Shown: positions 47,220 through 56,432 of the stretch, piece after piece
How positions within the stretch are numbered: the first letter of the stretch is position 1
How the letters are laid out: each line of letters starts with the position of its first letter
Source of the DNA: Candidatus Heimdallarchaeota archaeon
Lineage (GTDB): Archaea > Asgardarchaeota > Heimdallarchaeia > JABLTI01
Direction of reading: 5' to 3'
NCBI GenBank assembly: GCA_018238155.1
Contig: JABCTZ010000032.1
Location: 128,001 to 192,000 of the forward strand
DNA length: 64,000 nt
Translations under genes and position numbers: made by a program
The notes under the pieces: model-generated
What the model saw: only the letters and a program-made list of their open reading frames with translations
Database searches by the model: none
What the model was told of the DNA's origin: nothing

Positions 47220-49157
47220 ATGGTTCAAACAACCAAAGAACATTCAAGTTATGATTATCAAGCTTTAGGTTTGAAGTGTGGTCTCGAACTTCATCAACAA
47301 CTTGAAACTGGGAGGAAATTGTTTTGCAAATGTAAAACTGATTTGCAACTTGATGAACCAATGGCTAGAATAACCAGACATATGAGACCAACTCTTTCTG
47401 AGATGGGAGAAAACGATAAGACTGCATTAATGGAATTTAGAAAAGAACAAATAATTACTTATGAAGTTCATGATAGCACTTGCACATATGAAATTGATGA
47501 AGCTCCTCCTTTTGAAATTGATTCAAATGCAATAGATCTTGCTTTAACAATAGCTCGCTTATTACAAATGGAAATTCTTGATGAATTACATGTAAATCGA
47601 AAACAATACTTAGATGGTTCTATTCCAGCTGGTTTTCAAAGAACAATGATAGTTGGTGTGGGTGGCAAAGTAAAAATCTCAAAGAGAACAATAAATCTTG
47701 ATATGCTTGCGTTAGAGGAGGATTCGTGTAGAGAAATAACTAATATAGGTCGAAATATTGTTTGGCGTGTAGATCGTTTAGGCATTCCTTTAGTAGAAAT
47801 TGTTACTAAAACATTCAATTTAGATGATCCAAATGAAATAAAGGATATTGCCATCGGAATTAGTAGAATTCTTCGTGCAACTGGCAAAGTAAAACGTGGG
47901 TTAGGAACCATTCGTCAAGATTTGAATATCAGCATTGAAAAAGGAGCGAGAGTGGAAATAAAAGGAGTGCAAATTTTAGATATGCTTCCTGAATACATAA
48001 AATTGGAAGTTATTCGACAGCTAACACTGATAGAAATAAAAGAAGAAATGGGGAAACGGAAACTTACAGCAGAACTTTTTAAAAATAATTATCAAGATTG
48101 TAAAGACATTTTCAAAAAAACAAAATGTAAATTCCTTATTACTGCAATAAAAAATAAAGAAAAAATAATGGGAATAAAACTTCCAAGAATGCGAGGTTTG
48201 TTAGAGAAAGAAGTTCAAATTGGAAGATCTTTTGGTAAAGAGCTTGCTGATAGAGTGAAAGTAATTACAGGTTTAGGTGGAATTCTTCATACTGATGAAC
48301 TGCCAAATTATGGTATCACGGAAGAAGAAGTATCAATACTACGTGAAAAATTCAATTGTCAGCAAAATGATGTAATTGTAATAGTTTTAGGAAAGAAAGA
48401 AGATGCAATTAATGCTATAGAAGAAGTACTTACTCGAGTCAAAGAGGCAATTGTTGGTGTTCCTGAAGAAACGAGGCATGCTATTGATGATGGTACAACA
48501 ACTTTTCGAAGATATTTGAGTGGTGCAAGTAGAATGTATCCCGATACTGATTCTTATCCAATAATTATCTCAGAATCTAGAATAAAAAGAATTGAGGATG
48601 AATTACCTGAATTACTCGATAAGAAAGAAGAAAGATATATTCAGAAATACAAATTGCCTGAAGCCGTAGCTAAAAGTTTATCGCTATCTCCAAAAGCATC
48701 TTTATTTGAAGAACTGGTGAAAATTGGCTTGGACCCAACACTCGTAGCAATAACTTTAGATCAAACTCTAAAATCATTAGAACGTGAAAAAGTCCCTGTT
48801 CAGAAAATAACTGCTAATACAATCAAAGCAATTTTTCAACTTCTTATCAAGAAAAAAATTGCTAAAGAAGCTATTCCCCTGCTTTTACGATATCAAGCTG
48901 AACATCCAAAAGAAAAAATAGATGAAGCACTAGCTGCTCTTGGATTAGTTTCAATATCTGAAGAGGAATTGATAATAATTATTGATACTGAATTAAATAA
49001 TAACATTGAATTATTGCAAAGATCTGGAAGTAGAGCAATACGAAAAATCATCGGTTTAGTCATGGATAAAGTACGTGGGAAGATAGATGGAAAAATAGTT
49101 AATGATCTTGTTAAGAAACAATTATCTGATTTGCTGGAAGCAACAAGTGTAGAATAA
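47220..49157 (+). CDS. gatE: Glu-tRNA(Gln) amidotransferase subunit E
   Basis: GLELHQQL, DGSIPAGFQRT, RGLGTIRQDLNISI, RMYPDTD. Confidence 0.98.
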   Translation: MVQTTKEHSSYDYQALGLKCGLELHQQLETGRKLFCKCKTDLQLDEPMARITRHMRPTLSEMGENDKTALMEFRKEQIITYEVHDSTCTYEIDEAPPFEIDSNAIDLALTIARLLQMEILDELHVNRKQYLDGSIPAGFQRTMIVGVGGKVKISKRTINLDMLALEEDSCREITNIGRNIVWRVDRLGIPLVEIVTKTFNLDDPNEIKDIAIGISRILRATGKVKRGLGTIRQDLNISIEKGARVEIKGVQILDMLPEYIKLEVIRQLTLIEIKEEMGKRKLTAELFKNNYQDCKDIFKKTKCKFLITAIKNKEKIMGIKLPRMRGLLEKEVQIGRSFGKELADRVKVITGLGGILHTDELPNYGITEEEVSILREKFNCQQNDVIVIVLGKKEDAINAIEEVLTRVKEAIVGVPEETRHAIDDGTTTFRRYLSGASRMYPDTDSYPIIISESRIKRIEDELPELLDKKEERYIQKYKLPEAVAKSLSLSPKASLFEELVKIGLDPTLVAITLDQTLKSLEREKVPVQKITANTIKAIFQLLIKKKIAKEAIPLLLRYQAEHPKEKIDEALAALGLVSISEEELIIIIDTELNNNIELLQRSGSRAIRKIIGLVMDKVRGKIDGKIVNDLVKKQLSDLLEATSVE

Positions 49158-49165
49158 AGAGCAAT

Positions 49166-49690
49166 TTATTGTGATAGCTTTTTCACATCGATTTTCATTT
49201 TTACTACTCTACCGTATCCTTCATCAGATTCTTCAAGAATGTTTCTTCCTATCATATCATTTACTTTGTCGCGAATAATTCGCCTTGATGAGGTCCCTCT
49301 TTCTTGTTTTACAAGTGCTGTTAGCTGAGAAATATTCTTTGGTCCTTCTCGAGTTAAAACATCTACAATTAACCTCTCAATGGCATCAAGATTGACATCA
49401 GGACGTAATCTCATAATCCATTTTGAGGGGGAGAATATTGTTGCTACATTCGTTACTTCCTGGAATGTCCGTAATAATGCAAGGGTCATATTGAGAGATC
49501 CGGTTGCATCATGTAAATCAGGGCTCATCTCATCAATCTTACTCTCTAAAGCAGAGATTCTTTCAATTGTCATGTCTAACTTGTCATTTAAAGCTTCAAG
49601 AGCACCAAAATTAATTGTTGTCTCTTTTTTCTCTTTGTTCTGTTTTTCTTTATCTGACTTTGACATTTTCTTGCCCTCATTGGAGTCCAA
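49166..49690 (-). CDS. Coiled-coil plus winged-helix putative regulator
   Basis: IVDVL...GPKNISQLT..V...RGTSSRRIIRDKV..M..RNIL. Confidence 0.65.
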   Translation of the reverse strand: MDSNEGKKMSKSDKEKQNKEKKETTINFGALEALNDKLDMTIERISALESKIDEMSPDLHDATGSLNMTLALLRTFQEVTNVATIFSPSKWIMRLRPDVNLDAIERLIVDVLTREGPKNISQLTALVKQERGTSSRRIIRDKVNDMIGRNILEESDEGYGRVVKMKIDVKKLSQ

Positions 49691-49812
49691 AAGATTGGTT
49701 GATTTACACTTTAATATACTTTAATTACATATTTCTGATATTTAAACCTTTTATTATTCTAAAAACTCAAAGATGTTTCCAATAGAAATTCACAACTTTG
49801 AATTCTAGCTCA

Positions 49813-50184
49813 TTAAATTAAGACTGAAAAGGTCTTTAACTTCTTTCCAGTCTCTTTTTTTGGTTCCGATATTTTATTCTCATCATCATCTGTACTTCTA
49901 GTTCTATTTTTGTTTATTATTTTAAGAAGACCTAATATGCTTCCATAATCCTTAAGCATTGATTGGTATTTCTTGGCAAAACTCTTTCCATCTTTTCTTG
50001 GCATACCATTTTTGACCAATTTACGTTGGATACGGATTCTGAATATTTCTCTCCTACATGGTAGGATAATTAACCTTGGCAAAATTACAAAAGTGAATAT
50101 AATACATGACCAGGTTAATTGTAATGTAATAATGAATATATTCGCTAATTTTTTCCAAAATTTACCACGAGCCATAAAAAACAC
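49813..50184 (-). CDS. Small membrane-anchored basic protein
   Basis: N-terminal TM, KLVKNGMP motif. Confidence 0.55.
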   Translation of the reverse strand: MFFMARGKFWKKLANIFIITLQLTWSCIIFTFVILPRLIILPCRREIFRIRIQRKLVKNGMPRKDGKSFAKKYQSMLKDYGSILGLLKIINKNRTRSTDDDENKISEPKKETGKKLKTFSVLI

Positions 50185-50215
50185 AACCTGCCTTCGCTAA
50201 AACAATTGTTGAAGA

Positions 50216-50542
50216 TTAATCCTCATGTTTCTTTTTGGTATCGATATTTATGTTTTGCATTGCTTTTCCAATGATATTGATTGAATCTGCATATTTATCA
50301 ACCATATTGCGAACCATATCTTCTGGGAGACCTTGCTCTGTAAGGGTTTTGTAAATTGTTCCAATTCCTAAAGCATATTGCTCTGCTGTTTCAGCGGAGT
50401 ATAATGCGTTGAATAATCCCTTTATTAATCCTGGAATTTCTTCATTGATTACTCCAAGGAGCTCTTTAATATCTTCAACAGGGATATCATCGCTATCTTT
50501 CTCAATTTTGATTCTTGTTTCTTTCTTTGTTTCTTCAGGCAT
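50216..50542 (-). CDS. Small helical hypothetical protein
   Basis: AGGTGA RBS; IPGLIKGL...YKTLTEQGLP. Confidence 0.75.
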   Translation of the reverse strand: MPEETKKETRIKIEKDSDDIPVEDIKELLGVINEEIPGLIKGLFNALYSAETAEQYALGIGTIYKTLTEQGLPEDMVRNMVDKYADSINIIGKAMQNINIDTKKKHED

Positions 50543-50683
50543 TTATTAATCACCTAACTATTTTTAGTGTCTATTATAACATTTAGCTGGTCACAATATA
50601 TGAGTTCATTGGTGAAATGTGCTCAGACAATCTACTAATTAATTCGGTATTCATAATTTTCAATTAATTCTTCCAAAAGTTTA

Positions 50684-51862
50684 TTGAAAACAAAGGTAAT
50701 ACTAAGGAACAATAATTCATTTGATGTGTTGTTAATGGCTGTTCCATTTGTACAAGCAATTCCGAGTATTTTGGCAATTCTCTTTTGTTTAACTATTTTG
50801 ATATTATTAAGTTTGAATTATATTTTGAATAGATTTCTCCCAACATTGTTGTTTATATTATTCTTTGTTGGAATACTTCTTTGGTCAATAACAAAACTTG
50901 TAAGTGTTTTACTTCCAGAAACCACAAGTGTTGATTTTGTATTCTATTGGAAAATAGGTTCACTAACGATATTGATTTTATCATTAGTTGTTATAACCTT
51001 CTTCAGAGATCTCTTAACATATTCAACACTTTCTTACCCCTCTGTAATTGTCTCTTTTTTTGCGGGAATATCAATTGCAGCACTTTGGTGGGGAGATTTT
51101 GTGCAAGTTAACTTTAATACAGCTAGTGGGTGGAATACTGATTATGAACCTGCTTGGTTTTTAGTCATTCTCTTAGTTTATCTTGCGATTGTGTATATAT
51201 TCATGTTTAACTTATTGATTGGTGGATTAGTCAAAGCTACCGTTAAAAAACAGAAAGTTCAGATTTCTCTAATAATAACTGGATTAGCTATTGCCTCCCT
51301 TGGAGGTACAGTGTTTAATTATGTGTTAAATCTAGCTCTCCCAAATTTAGGTGATATGGATTTAATTTTTGTTGTAGTAGGATTTGCTATTGTTGCGGTT
51401 GCATATCTAAGATCTCCGATTCAAATCTATTTTGCTCCTGTAGTTGCTCATCGCTTACTCGTAATAAATAATGATGGACTACCGCTTCTCTCTCATGACT
51501 TTTGTGAACTAGGCGAGGATGCATTAACAATGGATTCCACTCTCATTAGTGGTGCATTATCTGGTGTTGTTAATATTCTTAAAGAAACACTTTCAAGTGA
51601 ATCCGTACCACGTCTTATCCGTCTTGACGATCGGGTATTGCTCATTGAAACTTCTGAATCAGCTCTTTACGCATTAATTGTTGATGATGATTCAATGGTA
51701 TTGCGATCTGCTCTCAAAGATTTTTCGAAGGAATTTGAAAAAGGTTTCAAAGAAGTACTTAAAGACTGGAATGGATTAGTAGATGTTTTTGATGATGCTT
51801 ACACCTTGATTACAGAAGACTTCGCATTCATCTTATCAAGCAAATCAACAACAAAAAAATAG
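50684..51862 (+). CDS. 7TM-like membrane protein with C-terminal longin-like domain
   Basis: About 7 TM, then LLVINNDGLPLLSH...LISGALSGV..ILKE...F..EF...F. Confidence 0.75.
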   Translation: MKTKVILRNNNSFDVLLMAVPFVQAIPSILAILFCLTILILLSLNYILNRFLPTLLFILFFVGILLWSITKLVSVLLPETTSVDFVFYWKIGSLTILILSLVVITFFRDLLTYSTLSYPSVIVSFFAGISIAALWWGDFVQVNFNTASGWNTDYEPAWFLVILLVYLAIVYIFMFNLLIGGLVKATVKKQKVQISLIITGLAIASLGGTVFNYVLNLALPNLGDMDLIFVVVGFAIVAVAYLRSPIQIYFAPVVAHRLLVINNDGLPLLSHDFCELGEDALTMDSTLISGALSGVVNILKETLSSESVPRLIRLDDRVLLIETSESALYALIVDDDSMVLRSALKDFSKEFEKGFKEVLKDWNGLVDVFDDAYTLITEDFAFILSSKSTTKK

Positions 51863-52050
51863 AAAGAGTGACTTTGGATAATTTCTTTCTCTATGCAATT
51901 TTTGTTTGAAAAAATTGTTCTTTTTGAGCACCTATAATTGCAATATTAAGTAAGATATGGTAAGACATATATTCTATATAATCTCGCAAGTCATTGGATA
52001 CAAAGAAATATTAGTAATTGTTGAAAGAGCTTTGATTAACATTCTATCCA

Positions 52051-52063
52051 AAAGATTTATAGA
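52051..52063 (+). promoter_or_regulatory. BRE/TATA promoter of the ribosomal protein operon
   Basis: aaaga-tttataga about 75 bp upstream of rps13. Confidence 0.45.
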
Positions 52064-52136
52064 ATGATATTGAAGCTCGGAGTTCAGTAAATACAAGAAG
52101 ATTTAGTCTCAATTGAAAAACTAGAGGTATTTGTAA

Positions 52137-52595
52137 TTGTCTCAAGAATTTAAAAATTTCCAGCATTTAGTGCGAATTTCCAGCACCGATATCAAAGGAG
52201 ATAAGCAAGTAGTAAATGGCTTAACCTATATTCGGGGTGTTGGTAGCAGATTAGCAGATGTTATCTTGAAAAAAGCAGAGATTCCACACGATGCGTTCAT
52301 AGGTATGCTCACTGATGAGCAAATTAAGAAACTTAATGAAATTATCGCTGATCCAATTAAATTTGGTATTCCATTTTGGTTTGTAAATCACGTTAAAGAT
52401 CGTGTAAGTGGTAAGAACATTCATCTAACTGGAAACGATTTAGCACTTTACGATAGAAATGATATTGATCGTTTGAAGAAATTAAGAACTTATCGTGGTG
52501 TCAAGCATCAAGCGGGCCACAAAGTAAGAGGACAAAGAACCAAGAGCACAGGAAGAGGTGGACGATCCTTAGGTTTTGCTCGAAAGAAATTATAA
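52137..52595 (+). CDS. rps13: 30S ribosomal protein uS13
   Basis: LVRI..TDI.G, IRGVG, YRG..H..G.KVRGQRTKSTGR. Confidence 0.98.
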   Translation: MSQEFKNFQHLVRISSTDIKGDKQVVNGLTYIRGVGSRLADVILKKAEIPHDAFIGMLTDEQIKKLNEIIADPIKFGIPFWFVNHVKDRVSGKNIHLTGNDLALYDRNDIDRLKKLRTYRGVKHQAGHKVRGQRTKSTGRGGRSLGFARKKL

Positions 52596-52606
52596 GGTGA
52601 AAAACG

Positions 52607-53404
52607 ATGGGTGATCCAAAAAGAATTAGAAAGAAATATAAAACTCCTCGCCAACCTTTCGAAAGACATCGTATTGATTCTGATTTAGCTCTCATTGGAA
52701 AATACGGTCTAAGAAATATGAAGGCCGTTTGGAAGTTGAATACGTTACTAGCTAATTTTAGAAGCAATGCAAGACGACTTTTAAGTCTCGATGTAGATGA
52801 TCGAAAAATTGGCGAACAAGAATTAATTGGTAGATTACAACGATTAGGTTTATTGGATGCAAAAGCTACCTTAGATAATGTCCTAAGTCTTAAGATTGAA
52901 TCTTTCCTTGAAAGAAGACTTCAAACAATGGTCTACAAAAGCGGTATGGCAACAACACCACATCATTCTAGACAAATGATTGTTCATGGTCATATTATAA
53001 TTGGTGATAAAATAGCAAAATCACCAAGCTATATTGTTCCTGCTGCAGAAGAGAAGCTTATTGTTTTTAACAAACATTCTCCTCTTGCAAAGGAAAGTCA
53101 CAAAGCTTTACCAAGTAATGTTTTCAAAAATAAGAAACCTCAAGCAGATAAGAAGGATTCTAGACGTGGTGACAGACGTGGCGGTAGACCAGGTGATAGA
53201 GGTGGACAAAGAAGACCTCAAAGAACTCCAGGTCCATCTGCTTCAAAAATAGTTGAAAAAGAAAAAGCAGATGTTGATGTAGTGAAAATTGCTATTGATG
53301 CACCTGAAGCAGCAATCCAAAAAGAGGCTAAAAAAGACACTAAAAAAGAGTCCAAAAAAGAACCTCAAAAAGATGCTAAAAAAGAAATCAAAAAAGACAA
53401 GTAG
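52607..53404 (+). CDS. rps4: 30S ribosomal protein uS4 with long low-complexity tail
   Basis: MGDPK...KKY.TP, YGLRN, LERRLQT, RQMIVHGHI. Confidence 0.97.
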   Translation: MGDPKRIRKKYKTPRQPFERHRIDSDLALIGKYGLRNMKAVWKLNTLLANFRSNARRLLSLDVDDRKIGEQELIGRLQRLGLLDAKATLDNVLSLKIESFLERRLQTMVYKSGMATTPHHSRQMIVHGHIIIGDKIAKSPSYIVPAAEEKLIVFNKHSPLAKESHKALPSNVFKNKKPQADKKDSRRGDRRGGRPGDRGGQRRPQRTPGPSASKIVEKEKADVDVVKIAIDAPEAAIQKEAKKDTKKESKKEPQKDAKKEIKKDK

Positions 53405-53833
53405 GTGAATTATGTGAGTACTGCACAAGAACCCCCTAAAAAGAGAAGAGTTATCAGAACCGGAATAGTTCACATCTATTCTTCCTACAATGATACAATT
53501 ATCACTGTAACAGATATTACTGGAAGCGAGACAATCTCAAAGCGTTCTGGTGGTATGTATGTTAAAAGCGATAGATTTGAATCCTCTCCATATGCTGCAA
53601 TGAGAGCAGCTTATGATGCAGCAACAGCTGCAAAAGATAGAGGAATAACAAAAATTAATATCGCTGTACGAGCTCCAGGTGGAAATGGTCCTAGAACACC
53701 AGGTCCAGGAGCACAAGCGGCAATCAGAGCATTAGCAAGATCTGGTCTTAGAATCGGACGAATCGAGGAAGTTACTCCTATCGCCCATGACGGCACACGA
53801 AGAGCCGGTGGCAGAAGAGGTAGAAGAGTATAA
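53405..53833 (+). CDS. rps11: 30S ribosomal protein uS11 (start probably GTG at 53414)
   Basis: [38 protein letters not shown]. Confidence 0.98.
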   Translation: MNYVSTAQEPPKKRRVIRTGIVHIYSSYNDTIITVTDITGSETISKRSGGMYVKSDRFESSPYAAMRAAYDAATAAKDRGITKINIAVRAPGGNGPRTPGPGAQAAIRALARSGLRIGRIEEVTPIAHDGTRRAGGRRGRRV

Positions 53834-53854
53834 TCTATACGGAGCGAAAAAAAC

Positions 53855-54040
53855 ATGGGTCAAACCTATTACACAATGCCAACTTGTTCATGTTGCAACC
53901 GAAAAATCACTCCAGATGATATCGGCTCTGTCAAATTCAGATGCCCTGAATGTGGAGATGTAGTTCATATACGCTGTTCCTTCTGTAGAAAGAAAGAAAT
54001 CGGTTATACTTGTCCTTCTTGTAATTTTGTAGGACCATAA
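53855..54040 (+). CDS. DUF1610/HVO_2753-like zinc-finger protein
   Basis: CSCC...FRCPECG...RCSFCRK...YTCPSCNFVGP. Confidence 0.85.
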   Translation: MGQTYYTMPTCSCCNRKITPDDIGSVKFRCPECGDVVHIRCSFCRKKEIGYTCPSCNFVGP

Positions 54041-54054
54041 AAATAGATAAAAGT

Positions 54055-54074
54055 GAGAGTAAATATTTACTCTC
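54055..54074. terminator. Perfect 20-bp palindrome between convergent genes
   Basis: gagagtaaat-atttactctc. Confidence 0.5.
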
Positions 54075-54118
54075 TAAATATTTTCTTTTTAATAAAACCT
54101 TAATTCTAAAAATGAAAT

Positions 54119-55294
54119 TTAGAGCTGATTAAGACGATTGATCATTTCGTCAATTTGTTCAAGTGATATTGAACCAAAACTCGCTCTAATATAGCCTTCT
54201 CCAGAAGGACCAAATTCTGATCCAGGCACAAGTGCTACTTTTTGTTTTTCAAATATCAACTCACAAATATCCTTTGAATTTGTGAAATCTTTATGCTCTG
54301 TTACTTTAGGAAATGCATAGAAACTTCCTTCTGGAGTGCGACAAGTAAATCCGTCAATACTGTTGAATCCTGAAACAATTTTCTCCATTCGTTCTTTTAA
54401 GGTGTTTCTTAGATAGTTAGTAAATTCATCTCCTTCAGGAGCATTGATGAAATCTCCTAATGCACTTTGTTGTGCTGAGGGAGCATTAGCTACAACAAAA
54501 CTATGCATTTTAGCAATTGGGTCAACTAATTCCTTTGGACCTGCAATGTAGCCTATTCGCCATCCAGGAACACAATAAGTTTTTGAAAAGCTATTAAGAA
54601 GAACGGTTCGTTCATAAGCACCTTTTATTTTTGGAACGCGAATATGTGTTTGATCAGTAAAAATGCATCTTTCATATACTTCGTCAGATAAAATAACTAA
54701 GTTATTATCAATTGCTAAATCGATAATGGGCTTTAATTCTGATTCAGTCATTAACTCTCCTGTAGGATTAGATGGGAAATTTAGGATAATAGCCTTCGTT
54801 TTTTCAGTGATATATTGATCTAAATTGGAAGTATCAATTTTCAGATCATCTGTAGGTTTTAACCAAACAGGTTTTCCTCCTGCAAGAATAACTTGCCTTG
54901 GATAGGTTAGAAAAGAGGGATCAGGTATTAATACCTCATCTCCTGGTCCAATATAAGCCATAAGTGAAGAAAAAATTGCTTCACAACCACTTGCAGTTGC
55001 AAGAATGTCTGTTTCCGGATTATAATCCAAATTGTACCATCGCTTATTCTGTTCGGCGATAGCTTCTCGATATTTGGTAGTTCCTCGAGTTGGAGAGTAA
55101 TAATTATCTCCACCTTCAACAGCTTTTACAAGTGCTTGTATCAAACCATTCGGTGTAGGAATATTTGGTTGACCAATTCCAAGAGAGATAACACCAGGAA
55201 TGCCTTGTGCTCTTGCGAACATTGCTCGAATACCAGAAGGCTTAATTTCATTTAAACGATTAGCTACTTTCATTTTAGTCATTATGAAACCCAC
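54119..55294 (-). CDS. Class I/II PLP aminotransferase (AspAT-like)
   Basis: NFPSNPTG, SDEVY, SFSKTY..PGWRIG. Confidence 0.95.
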   Translation of the reverse strand: MGFIMTKMKVANRLNEIKPSGIRAMFARAQGIPGVISLGIGQPNIPTPNGLIQALVKAVEGGDNYYSPTRGTTKYREAIAEQNKRWYNLDYNPETDILATASGCEAIFSSLMAYIGPGDEVLIPDPSFLTYPRQVILAGGKPVWLKPTDDLKIDTSNLDQYITEKTKAIILNFPSNPTGELMTESELKPIIDLAIDNNLVILSDEVYERCIFTDQTHIRVPKIKGAYERTVLLNSFSKTYCVPGWRIGYIAGPKELVDPIAKMHSFVVANAPSAQQSALGDFINAPEGDEFTNYLRNTLKERMEKIVSGFNSIDGFTCRTPEGSFYAFPKVTEHKDFTNSKDICELIFEKQKVALVPGSEFGPSGEGYIRASFGSISLEQIDEMINRLNQL

Positions 55295-55463
55295 AATTAA
55301 ACATCATTAAAAACGAATATTGATTAATAGTATTATTGATTAGTTTTGATGGAATAAAAAGCATTCGACGAGCAAAAACCAAATATAGTCTTTACAATTA
55401 ATTTAAATAAATCTCTAGTTTAGACGAAATATTACATACATATTGACTCGAGGTAAATAAAAA

Positions 55464-56396
55464 ATGAAAATTTTCTCATTTAAAACAAAAGATGGAGTTC
55501 CTCGGTTAGGAACTTTTTGGCATGACAATGAAGTAATTGATATTCTCGAAGCTGATGAAAAACTACCAAAACCTAAATTTGAAAAAGTTAGAGAGATGAA
55601 AGACTTGATCGAATTAGGAGAAAGTGGATTAAAAGATCTTCAAGAATTCATTACTGAACTTAAAGATATTAGCGAGAAAGAAAATGAAATATTTCAAAAA
55701 ATAAAAAGCAATTCATTTTATCCTCTTGCAGAAATTGAATTCCTTCCACCATTAAGAAATCCACAAAAGATAATTTGTTTAGGAAGAAATTTTGCTGAAC
55801 ATGCAAAAGAAGGTGGAAAAGAACCACCAAAAAATCCAATGATCTGGGGAAAGTTTAATTCAGCAATAATTGCCCATCAAGAAAATATTGTTTTACCAAA
55901 GATTTCGAAAACAGTAGACGTAGAGATAGAACTTGTTGCAGTTCTGTCAAAGAAAGGAAAACACATTCCAGAAGAAGAAGCATTAAATTACGTTTTCGGT
56001 TATACAATTGGTAATGATGTTAGTGCAAGAGATTTTCAATATACAGATAAACAATTTACACGTTCAAAAACAATGGATACATTCGCTCCACTCGGTCCAT
56101 GGATAGTTACTCGAGATGAATTACCAGACCCACAAGACCTTGAAATGGAATTAACAGTTAACGGCAAAACATGGCAAAAATCAAATACCAAAAACATGAT
56201 ATTTACAGTGGCTTATATTATCTATTACCTATCAAAATCATTTACATTTGAGCCCGGAGATTTAATCTTTACCGGTACACCTTCAGGTGTTGGTCATTAT
56301 CAAAAACCACCTTCGTATCTAAAAGAAGGAGATATTGTGAAATTGACTATAGAAAATGTTGGGACACTTGAAAACCCTGTAATAAAAGAGAACTAA
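55464..56396 (+). CDS. Fumarylacetoacetate hydrolase family protein
   Basis: KIICLGRNF.EH, EIEL, NDVSARD, FTGTPSGVG. Confidence 0.95.
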   Translation: MKIFSFKTKDGVPRLGTFWHDNEVIDILEADEKLPKPKFEKVREMKDLIELGESGLKDLQEFITELKDISEKENEIFQKIKSNSFYPLAEIEFLPPLRNPQKIICLGRNFAEHAKEGGKEPPKNPMIWGKFNSAIIAHQENIVLPKISKTVDVEIELVAVLSKKGKHIPEEEALNYVFGYTIGNDVSARDFQYTDKQFTRSKTMDTFAPLGPWIVTRDELPDPQDLEMELTVNGKTWQKSNTKNMIFTVAYIIYYLSKSFTFEPGDLIFTGTPSGVGHYQKPPSYLKEGDIVKLTIENVGTLENPVIKEN

Positions 56397-56432
56397 GACA
56401 AAATCAACCAAAGTTAAAAGGAGAAAGAGTAA

